Source: Flavobacteriales bacterium
GTDB taxonomy: Bacteria > Bacteroidota > Bacteroidia > Flavobacteriales_D > JAHECK01
Assembly (NCBI GenBank): GCA_030591505.1
Contig: JAUVAY010000003.1
Coordinates: 1 to 43,916 of the forward strand
Length of the DNA: 43,916 bases
Direction: 5' to 3'
Shown: positions 17,843 through 25,502 of the stretch, piece after piece
Numbering within the stretch: the first letter of the stretch is position 1
Layout of the letters: every line of letters starts with the position of its first letter
Program-made: the position numbers and the translations under genes
The notes under the pieces: generated by a model
The model's database searches: none
The model's input: the letters and a program-made list of their open reading frames with translations, nothing else
Told to the model about the DNA's origin: nothing

Positions 17843-19149
17843 GTAAATATGATGACTTAGTAGCAGAATTAGCGCCACGGAAATTCACGAAATTAGGCGT
17901 TAGCTGGACCATCGGTTTAGCAATTGTAACTTTAATTGGAATCGCTGCCTATATCGATCAGATAATTAAAGGACAAATAGTTACCAATATGCGTGACTAT
18001 GTATTATGGGGAGTATACATATCGAATTTTGTGTTTTTTGTTGCTATAAGTTTTGTTGGCTCCCTTACCGCCGCAGTTTTACGATTAACACATAAAACCT
18101 GGCGAACTCCATTGGTGAGAATTGCTGAAATAATTGCTTTTGCAGCCATCGTTTTAGCTGGGGTCACTATTATATTAGATATGGGTCGCCCGGATAGATT
18201 ACTTAATCTATTTATACACGCTCGTTTACAATCTCCTATTACCTGGGATGTTGTGATCATTACAACTTATATTGCAATCAGTGCGCTGATACTTTATATT
18301 CCACTATTGCCGGATCTTGCTATTCTTAAAGATAAGTTTAAAGATAACTGGACAGGGATTTGGTATAAACGACTCTCCTTAAAATGGAAGGGTAGTGTTA
18401 AGCAATGGGCTATTCAAAAAAAATCTATCAAGATAGTCGCAATACTTATTATTCCTGTTGCACTAATCCTGCAAACAGTTGATGCATGGCTATTCTCTAC
18501 CACTTTCAGAATTGGATGGGATAGCACTAATTTAGGTCCTTATTTTATCGCAGGTGCCTTTGTAGTTGGGGTTGGCGGATTGATCTCGGTTACTTATGTG
18601 CTACGTAAAGTTTACAAACTGGAAAAATACATTACAGAACTTCATTTTGATAAATTGGGTAAAATGCTCGTTTTTGCTTGCCTTGTTTACCTTTACTTTA
18701 ATATAAGTGAGTACTTATTACCCGCGTTTACAGCTCCAAAAGCAGAAGAAGCTCATTTACGTGAACTCTTCGTTGGACATTATGCACCGCTATTTTGGTT
18801 TGTGACTATTGGTGGACTAATCCTACCCATTATTCTATTGATATTCCCATGGGGTCGAAAACCAAAAGTGCTTTTCTTTATAGCTATTTTGGTTGTGATC
18901 ACATCATGGTGGAAACGCTATTTAATAGTTGTTCCTGCATTATTACACCCATTTCTACCTGTACAAGGAGTACCGGAATCTTGGCACAGCTATTTCCCGA
19001 GTATGCACGAATGGGCTATCGTAAGCGGTACGCTTGCTGCAGCTCTTCTCATAATTACGATCTTAGTAAGATACGTGCCCATCATTCCAATACATAGGAC
19101 GGCAACAGAAATGGGGATATTACCTAACGATAAAGATGAACAATCATGA
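17839..19149 (+). CDS. NrfD/PsrC/DsrP/ActC family integral membrane quinone-interacting subunit
   Basis: WGVYISNFVFFVAIS, RIAE, DMGRPDR, SPITWD, about 10 TM helices, WWKRYLIVVP; ATGA overlap with the Fe-S gene. Confidence 0.93.
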   Translation: MSKYDDLVAELAPRKFTKLGVSWTIGLAIVTLIGIAAYIDQIIKGQIVTNMRDYVLWGVYISNFVFFVAISFVGSLTAAVLRLTHKTWRTPLVRIAEIIAFAAIVLAGVTIILDMGRPDRLLNLFIHARLQSPITWDVVIITTYIAISALILYIPLLPDLAILKDKFKDNWTGIWYKRLSLKWKGSVKQWAIQKKSIKIVAILIIPVALILQTVDAWLFSTTFRIGWDSTNLGPYFIAGAFVVGVGGLISVTYVLRKVYKLEKYITELHFDKLGKMLVFACLVYLYFNISEYLLPAFTAPKAEEAHLRELFVGHYAPLFWFVTIGGLILPIILLIFPWGRKPKVLFFIAILVVITSWWKRYLIVVPALLHPFLPVQGVPESWHSYFPSMHEWAIVSGTLAAALLIITILVRYVPIIPIHRTATEMGILPNDKDEQS

Positions 19150-20003
19150 AAGCAAATTTAATTTCAAAATATGCATTACTGATCTTCTTAGGATCTTTCT
19201 TGATGATCATCAGTACGCAGCTTCAAGGACAAGATAAGTTCAAAGCAAAACTCTCTGTCGATTACCAAAAAACGATGGGTGAAGGTTCTGTTTTACTCAT
19301 CAAGGTTAAATACAAAGCAGAAAAAAAGTATATACCTGCAAGTTTTCTTAAGGTAAATATCTATGAGCAAATAAATGAAGATTCACTGGCTTTGATCGGA
19401 GATATTTCTACCGACCATGGAGGGAGTGCTGAATATGCTCTGCTACTAAATAGTGACTTTAGCGATTCGCTCTACACCTATCGATATATAGTAAAGATCG
19501 AAAACGATGATAAATTTAAAGACGCTAAAAAGGCTATCAAATTCATTGATGTAAACTTAGTTGCCAAAGCAATAGTAGAAGACAGTGTACATTACATTTC
19601 AGCTACTTTAACGGACGCTACCGGAACAGCAATTGAAGGTGCTAAACTGGAAGTAAAAGTGCATCGATTGTTTGCTCCACTCACTATTGGTGAATCTTCT
19701 TATAAAACAGATGATAATGGCAAAATTCTTGTACCTATTGAAAACCCATTACCGGGAGTAGATGGAATTTTAACTTTTGAAGTTATGTCTGACAGTAGAA
19801 GCTATGGAATTGCAAAAATTATTTTTGATGCCCCTATTGGAAAAGTGGTGACAGACCAATCTACTTTCGACCAACGAACAATGTGGGCTCCCCCTCGAAA
19901 TACACCTTATTTCTTATTGATATTTCCAAACCTTCTAATATTAGGTATTTGGGCAGTTATTCTACTTCTAGTAAGTAACCTTTATAAAATATATAAATCT
20001 TAA
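19146..20003 (+). CDS. Hypothetical exported beta-rich protein with C-terminal membrane anchor
   Basis: N-terminal signal, beta-strand-rich body, hydrophobic helix YFLLIFPNLLILGIWAVILLLV near the C-terminus; ATGA overlap with the NrfD-type gene. Confidence 0.75.
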   Translation: MKANLISKYALLIFLGSFLMIISTQLQGQDKFKAKLSVDYQKTMGEGSVLLIKVKYKAEKKYIPASFLKVNIYEQINEDSLALIGDISTDHGGSAEYALLLNSDFSDSLYTYRYIVKIENDDKFKDAKKAIKFIDVNLVAKAIVEDSVHYISATLTDATGTAIEGAKLEVKVHRLFAPLTIGESSYKTDDNGKILVPIENPLPGVDGILTFEVMSDSRSYGIAKIIFDAPIGKVVTDQSTFDQRTMWAPPRNTPYFLLIFPNLLILGIWAVILLLVSNLYKIYKS

Positions 20004-20013
20004 ATAAACAAAC

Positions 20014-20418
20014 ATGAGAACTTTAAAAAATTTATTACTATTCACATTTATAACATTAGGGCTTTACGCCTTTAACACGGCAGTTCAGGAAGACTGGGTA
20101 GTACCTGAAAAGTATAAAGCGATGGAGAACCCTACAGATGTTGAAGATGATGAAAATATTGAAATTGGTGAAGAATTGTATATGAAACATTGTAAATCTT
20201 GCCATGGAAAAGAAGGTTTGGGTGACGGGCCAAAAGCAGAAGAGCAAACAGGTGAATTAGGTGATTTTTCATCTGAGGAGTTTCAAGCTCAATCTGATGG
20301 GGCTTTATTTTATAAAACAACTATTGGACGAGACGATATGCCAAATTATGATAAGAAGATGCCGGATGATGAAGATCGATGGTTGATCGTAAATTATATG
20401 AGAATACTAGGTGAATAA
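20014..20418 (+). CDS. Class I monoheme cytochrome c (periplasmic)
   Basis: Signal peptide, GEELYMKHCKSCHGKEGLGDG, SDGALFYK, DMP (distal Met), RWLIVNYMR. Confidence 0.92.
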   Translation: MRTLKNLLLFTFITLGLYAFNTAVQEDWVVPEKYKAMENPTDVEDDENIEIGEELYMKHCKSCHGKEGLGDGPKAEEQTGELGDFSSEEFQAQSDGALFYKTTIGRDDMPNYDKKMPDDEDRWLIVNYMRILGE

Positions 20419-20439
20419 TTAATATTAATAATTGTTTTG

Positions 20440-20470
20440 ACCGGCAGACTAATTGTTTGCCGGTTTTTTT
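20440..20470 (+). terminator. Intrinsic terminator closing the redox cluster
   Basis: ACCGGCAGAC-TAATT-GTTTGCCGGT followed by a T-run. Confidence 0.85.
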
Positions 20471-20521
20471 ATTTCCTTTTTTCGTCCATATCTTACTATC
20501 TTGTCGATATAAATAAAGCTA

Positions 20522-20971
20522 ATGAATGATACGATAATAGAAATTATAAAAGGGATGCTCGCTCCAGGACTAATGATCTCAGCCTGTGGTCTTTTGTTAC
20601 TCGGCATGAACAACAAATATTCCTTGGTTGTAAACAGAATAAGAACATTAAATTACGAGTTTAGGGCATTGGATAGTGACAACCTAAGCAGAAAAGAAAG
20701 TATCCTGACGCAACTTCCGTTATTGATTCAACGGATGAAATTAATTAGAAATGCAGTTTGGCTTTATACCATCGCGATCGCACTCTATATCTTCTCTATT
20801 TTTTCTATCGGTTTCTTCTTTCTGAGTGGAAAAACCTTGACTTTATCAATACTCTCCTTTTCATTCTTCATATTGGCATTGATTGCACTTCTTTGGGGCA
20901 TTATTCATGCAGCAAAAGAGGTTAGACTAGGGTTTAATATTCTTAAAATTGAAACGAAAGACATTTTATAG
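20522..20971 (+). CDS. DUF2721-like membrane protein
   Basis: MLAPGLMISACGLLLLGMNNKYSLVVNRIR, R..LIRNAV, three hydrophobic helices. Confidence 0.75.
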   Translation: MNDTIIEIIKGMLAPGLMISACGLLLLGMNNKYSLVVNRIRTLNYEFRALDSDNLSRKESILTQLPLLIQRMKLIRNAVWLYTIAIALYIFSIFSIGFFFLSGKTLTLSILSFSFFILALIALLWGIIHAAKEVRLGFNILKIETKDIL

Positions 20972-20989
20972 ATTCATAAAATCACTCAA

Positions 20990-22030
20990 GTGAAAAAATT
21001 TATAGCCTTTGCTGTTCTTCTCTATATAATATACTTCATTGTAAATACGCTTTATGATTCAGGCGTTTTTAAAACGATAGAAAACCATTCTCTATTTCAA
21101 AACATAAAGTCCTATGAAACTATTTATGGACCTGAAGATCTTGATATCGACCATAAGAAAAATTCTCTATTCATATCGTCAAGCGATAGAAGGAAATTGA
21201 GTTTAGGCTTGCCTGCTAATGATGGCATATATCTCTTAGATCTAACTAAAGATAGCATACCCTATAAATTAGCAACAAGCTTTTCAGAAGAATTCCATCC
21301 ACATGGTATTTCTTATTTACACCATGATGATAAGGATTACTTATTTGTGATTAATCATAATAAGCAAGGTCACTCAATTGAATTATTCCATTATATGAAC
21401 GATACTTTATTTCATATAAGAAGTTTTAAAAACGAGTTGATGATAAGTCCGAATGACCTGATCGCCACCGATATTGATAATTTTTATGTTACGATCGACC
21501 ATGGAACAAAAGAAGGTCTATGGAGGACATTAGAAGACTATTTACGCCTACCCTACTCCTATGTTTTATATTTTGATGGTAAAGAGTACTCAAAAGTATA
21601 TGAGGGCTTAAATTATGCAAATGGGGTGAACATCTCCAATGATGGAAACACGCTTTATGTCAGCGAAACAACGAGTGGAAAATTATCAGCACTAAATAGA
21701 AATAAAAATACGGGGCAACTAGAACTCCTTTTTAGCAAAGAACTAAAAACAGGTCTCGATAATATAAGTATTGATAACAATGGGGATCTTTGGATCGCCG
21801 CTCACCCTAAATTATTCGATTTTCTTGCTCATTCAAAAGACTCAACGAAGCATTCACCTTCTCAGGTTTTAAAAGTAAATGTCAGTAAAAATGATTTTAC
21901 TATAAGTGAGATCTACTTAGATAATGGAGTGAAATTTTCAGGGTCCAGTACAGGCCTTAGTGTTAATAATGAGGTGTTTATCGGTCAGGTTTATGATGAT
22001 AAAATTCTAAGAGGAAAATTACTTCCTTAA
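20990..22030 (+). CDS. Paraoxonase/arylesterase-like six-bladed beta-propeller lactonase (SMP-30/PON superfamily)
   Basis: GPEDL, FHPHGIS, VINH, SPNDL, YANGV, GLDNI, AAHP, SPSQVL; N-terminal hydrophobic helix; GTG start. Confidence 0.85.
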   Translation: MKKFIAFAVLLYIIYFIVNTLYDSGVFKTIENHSLFQNIKSYETIYGPEDLDIDHKKNSLFISSSDRRKLSLGLPANDGIYLLDLTKDSIPYKLATSFSEEFHPHGISYLHHDDKDYLFVINHNKQGHSIELFHYMNDTLFHIRSFKNELMISPNDLIATDIDNFYVTIDHGTKEGLWRTLEDYLRLPYSYVLYFDGKEYSKVYEGLNYANGVNISNDGNTLYVSETTSGKLSALNRNKNTGQLELLFSKELKTGLDNISIDNNGDLWIAAHPKLFDFLAHSKDSTKHSPSQVLKVNVSKNDFTISEIYLDNGVKFSGSSTGLSVNNEVFIGQVYDDKILRGKLLP

Positions 22031-22099
22031 AGATGATAAATATTGCCTTTTTTATTAGTGACATTCTATAGTTTTAATCATGAATTATAAGAAGCATTC

Positions 22100-22597
22100 A
22101 TGAAACAGTTGAGCTTAGCGATCACTATACTATTCTTCACATCATGCTATAATAATTCGAATAGTAAGCATGAACACATAGGAGTTCCTGAAGAAAACTC
22201 AATTAATTCCCTTTTGAGTCAAGAAGCAGAAAGAGGAAAAGAATTGTACAATGTCTGCCTTAGCTGTCACAACCCAGCATTGGACACAATGGTCGCCCCC
22301 CCAATGCTGTACGTTCAACAACTGTATAAAGACTCATTTCCTAAAAAAGAGGCTTTTATTAAGAATATAGTAAGGCATATCAAATACCCCAATGAAAAAA
22401 ATGCATTAATGAGTATCGCAATAGATAAATTCGGTCTCATGCCAGCCTATCCTTTTTCTAATAAGGATCTATCAGATGTAGCAAGCTATGTGTACGAAGG
22501 GAATTTTGAAGACGGACGATTGCATAATCACGAAGAGATGCATTCAGAACATATTCATAAGAAAAAAGAGAGCCAGGCAGAGAATTTACTTGATTAA
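22100..22597 (+). CDS. Monoheme cytochrome c lipoprotein
   Basis: Lipobox FFTS-C, GKELYNVCLSCH, APPM, FGLMP, His-rich tail. Confidence 0.85.
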   Translation: MKQLSLAITILFFTSCYNNSNSKHEHIGVPEENSINSLLSQEAERGKELYNVCLSCHNPALDTMVAPPMLYVQQLYKDSFPKKEAFIKNIVRHIKYPNEKNALMSIAIDKFGLMPAYPFSNKDLSDVASYVYEGNFEDGRLHNHEEMHSEHIHKKKESQAENLLD

Positions 22598-22707
22598 TCA
22601 AGCTAAAGAAGGTAAATCCTATTATTAATTACATTCAATCATGTATAAAAGTCATTTTTTGGGGCTTCTGATATAATTACTTTTATCCCGTATAAAAAAC
22701 ATATAAG

Positions 22708-22941
22708 ATGAAACAGTCAATAGAATATTTAAACAAAGCTTTAGAATACCTTGAAAAATGTGAACTCGCATCACCTTATAAAAATGTAGTTGATATCAAC
22801 AATGCTAAAATAGCTTTACAAATGGTTGAGTTGGAGCATAAGATCGAAGATGCAAAACAACTACATCACCATGAGGATGCTGATAAAATGAAGGAAGAAT
22901 TAAACATCTTATCTAAAAAGATAAATCCTTCGTTGGCTTAA
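22708..22941 (+). CDS. Small hypothetical protein
   Basis: 77 aa helical-looking ORF with an AT-rich leader, followed by a terminator. Confidence 0.55.
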   Translation: MKQSIEYLNKALEYLEKCELASPYKNVVDINNAKIALQMVELEHKIEDAKQLHHHEDADKMKEELNILSKKINPSLA

Positions 22942-22981
22942 CAAAATCATCTCTTTTAGTTAATTACCGAATTTTTATATC

Positions 22982-23017
22982 AAAAAGCTAGCTTAACATA
23001 AGTTGAGTTGGCTTTTT
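22982..23017 (+). terminator. Intrinsic terminator
   Basis: AAAAAGCTAGCTTAAC-ATAA-GTTGAGTTGGCTTTTT. Confidence 0.7.
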
Positions 23018-23355
23018 CTATTAAAAAATAGTATCACAATATAAATTGATTCACTTTTCTTCCTATTTCATCTGAAATACGCCGAAATTAGGAAACACTA
23101 AACCTAAACTCAATAATTAATCCTTCTCCTCCTGTTAACGACTTCCTTTTTAGGGTAAAAACGTGGTATATACAATGCTACTTCTTAGGTATAGCAAGCT
23201 CTCACAATGTTAGTATATAATTAATCTGCTATTTATGAAATATCAATAAAATGTTGATTTAATACCACTAATGTTTATAAAATTTAGTATCTGATATTTC
23301 TTTAACATTTTTATTGACTTAATATGTGCCTTTTGTGACACAACCATGACTTTAT

Positions 23356-23371
23356 TGTGACGTATATCACA
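23356..23371. promoter_or_regulatory. Perfect TGTGA-N6-TCACA operator (CRP/FNR- or Rex-type)
   Basis: TGTGA-CGTATA-TCACA, 83 nt before the multiheme cytochrome ATG; same motif as 13781-13796. Confidence 0.65.
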
Positions 23372-23454
23372 TTTATCATTAACCTATATCATGATTTATT
23401 CTGTAATCCTCCTATAATTTAATAGAGAATTAAGTATTAACCAATTACAAAAAA

Positions 23455-24564
23455 ATGAAAAAAATAATAAAGCTTCTATCGGTTTTTACAATAGCAATAT
23501 TAGTAGGAACCTCTTGTGCAAAAGATGGAGTACAAGGCGACAAAGGAGAAGCTGGAGCTAATGGTCTTGATGGTTCAGATGGAACCGCAGGATGTATTCA
23601 GTGCCATACTTCTGATGAAAATATGCAAATAAAAGGGGCTCAATGGGCCTTAAGTAGTCATGTAACTGGTGGTCATATGAGTGGCTACTATGCTTCCCGT
23701 GATGGGTGTGCCGATTGTCACTCTAGTCAAGGTCATCAGGAAGTTGTAGCTACAGGCGAATGGGATAATATAGCACCTGCTAATCCATTACCAGCAAACT
23801 GTTATACTTGTCATGAAATTCATCAAACCTATACTGAGGCTGACTGGAACTTCAGAGTTAGTGACGATGGTATTCCATTTTTAGTAAATGATTATGTAAG
23901 TGATCAAAGCAATGCAAATACTTGTATTCAGTGTCACCAATCTCGAATTGCTGAACCTATATTAGATATTAATGCTACTGCAGAGGTTACAATTACAAGT
24001 AAACGATACGGACCTCACCATGGACCACAAGGTAATATGACTGCTGGTGTAGGTAATTCAGGTGCTTATGAATTAGCTGGATCAATGGCTTATAGTAATT
24101 CCATGCACGTAACAAGTACAGATGTAAACTGTGTATCATGTCACCTCGCAAGTGGAGCCGGAAGTGGTGGAAATTTTGAATTAGGTGGACACAGTAACAA
24201 TGTAAGTGTAGGTGATTGGACGGAAGGAACTAAGTCAGTTAATGTAAATGGATGTACTACTTGTCATACAGATCAAGTCAGCAATGGAGATATTACAGAC
24301 TTTGTATCTATAGCAAGAGATGCAAACCTACTGCTTATTGATGACCTGAGAACATCCCTTTATAACCTTGGCTACCTGGATGACGATGATTATGTTGCCA
24401 ATAATAATGTAACCATATCAGACGATAATCACTTGACGGTATCTCAACCCCATGCTGCTGCTATCTATAACTTTAAATTTGTAACTGAAGACCAGAGCAC
24501 ATTAATCCATAACCCTACATATGCTAAAGCATTAATTCAAAATTCAATCGAAGCTTTGCAATAG
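23455..24564 (+). CDS. Hexaheme c-type cytochrome lipoprotein with N-terminal collagen-like repeat
   Basis: Lipobox VGTS-C; 7 Gly-X-Y triplets; six CxxCH motifs (CIQCH, CADCH, CYTCH, CIQCH, CVSCH, CTTCH); extra His residues as candidate distal ligands; C-terminal IHNPTYAKALI. Confidence 0.92.
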   Translation: MKKIIKLLSVFTIAILVGTSCAKDGVQGDKGEAGANGLDGSDGTAGCIQCHTSDENMQIKGAQWALSSHVTGGHMSGYYASRDGCADCHSSQGHQEVVATGEWDNIAPANPLPANCYTCHEIHQTYTEADWNFRVSDDGIPFLVNDYVSDQSNANTCIQCHQSRIAEPILDINATAEVTITSKRYGPHHGPQGNMTAGVGNSGAYELAGSMAYSNSMHVTSTDVNCVSCHLASGAGSGGNFELGGHSNNVSVGDWTEGTKSVNVNGCTTCHTDQVSNGDITDFVSIARDANLLLIDDLRTSLYNLGYLDDDDYVANNNVTISDDNHLTVSQPHAAAIYNFKFVTEDQSTLIHNPTYAKALIQNSIEALQ

Positions 24565-24585
24565 CAATTTTATGATGTATGTTTT

Positions 24586-24617
24586 AAAAGCCAGCTGTAC
24601 TTTCAGTTGGCTTTTTT
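24586..24617 (+). terminator. Intrinsic terminator
   Basis: AAAAGCCAGCTG-TACTTT-CAGTTGGCTTTTTT. Confidence 0.85.
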
Positions 24618-24825
24618 ATTGATCCATTTATTAGTTTCTAATTAAATACCAAAATTTAACCACAATGACGCAAAGTAAGCACGGAGTTCACAAGGAAAAA
24701 ACGATAAATGAATAATGACTGTTGCAATATTAAATTACAATTGCAATTCTATTATTTTCGAATCTCTGTGACCGTTTTATACACTATGCATTCATTTCTA
24801 AAGTACATCAATATTGAATTCTTCA

Positions 24826-25392
24826 TCCCTTTTGCTTGATCAAAAGGAATCAAAAATCAAGAAAGAAGGACTTAGTTATCAACTAAGGGCCAGGTTTGTG
24901 GGACGCCGTCCCTCTCTGAACAAATGTTAAAACATTATAAACGTAATGGAACTCCTTGGGTCGTTCTAAAGGAGGACATTGTCTTATTGACAATGAGCCA
25001 GGTTTGCGGGGTGATTGTTTTAACACATTTGTCCATTTACGACCACGCAGCCCTACCATTCTTTCTGGCCAACGCACTTCTTCCACTATTTGTTAATTTA
25101 AAGTCTACTCTTAATTGAATTAAAATGTTTTATGAGCGCTATGAAGATATTGCCTAACAAGTGATATTAAGGTGTGATGGCTTATCCAATACGGCGGGCC
25201 TGTGATGGGGTGAATATAAAAATGCGTAATAATAAATGAAAGGGGCTTGTCCTCTGGTTTGGCTACAAACCAATACTTTCATATTGTTATAGCATTTTTA
25301 TAGAGCGGGGAGTAGCATCGTATTGGAAAGATTTTCATCCCACATTCTCGCTCAATTGTCTTTAAACAATTGCCGCTTTTCTAAAAAGTAAC
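24826..25392. other. Highly structured non-coding region (candidate ncRNA(s) or non-autonomous element)
   Basis: Several nested inverted repeats: 24920-24934/25016-25032, 25185-25193/25319-25327 and 25215-25225/25292-25302. Also a duplicated hairpin-GCCAGGTTTGYGGG module. Confidence 0.45.
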
Positions 25393-25502
25393 GTAAAGAA
25401 TAAAAATTGGATAATTATTCTTGGAAGAATAAATGGTAGTTACAAAAATATGGTCAACCTGTATCAGGGACATACAAACTTCCAGCTGTGCTTTGTGCTT
25501 CT

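Noticed and set aside
16889-20418. Calling the cluster canonical alternative complex III, nrfABCD or psrABC
   Set aside because: No ActA pentaheme, no molybdopterin-like ActB domain, no ActD or ActF, no NrfA and no PsrA in the cluster.
23455-24564. NrfA or octaheme nitrite reductase assignment
   Set aside because: Six CxxCH motifs and no CxxCK; only the C-terminal HNP helix is reminiscent.
24883-25118. ORFs 24883-25086 (-) and 24924-25118 (+)
   Set aside because: No protein-like features; they overlap each other and lie in a region better explained by nucleic-acid secondary structure.
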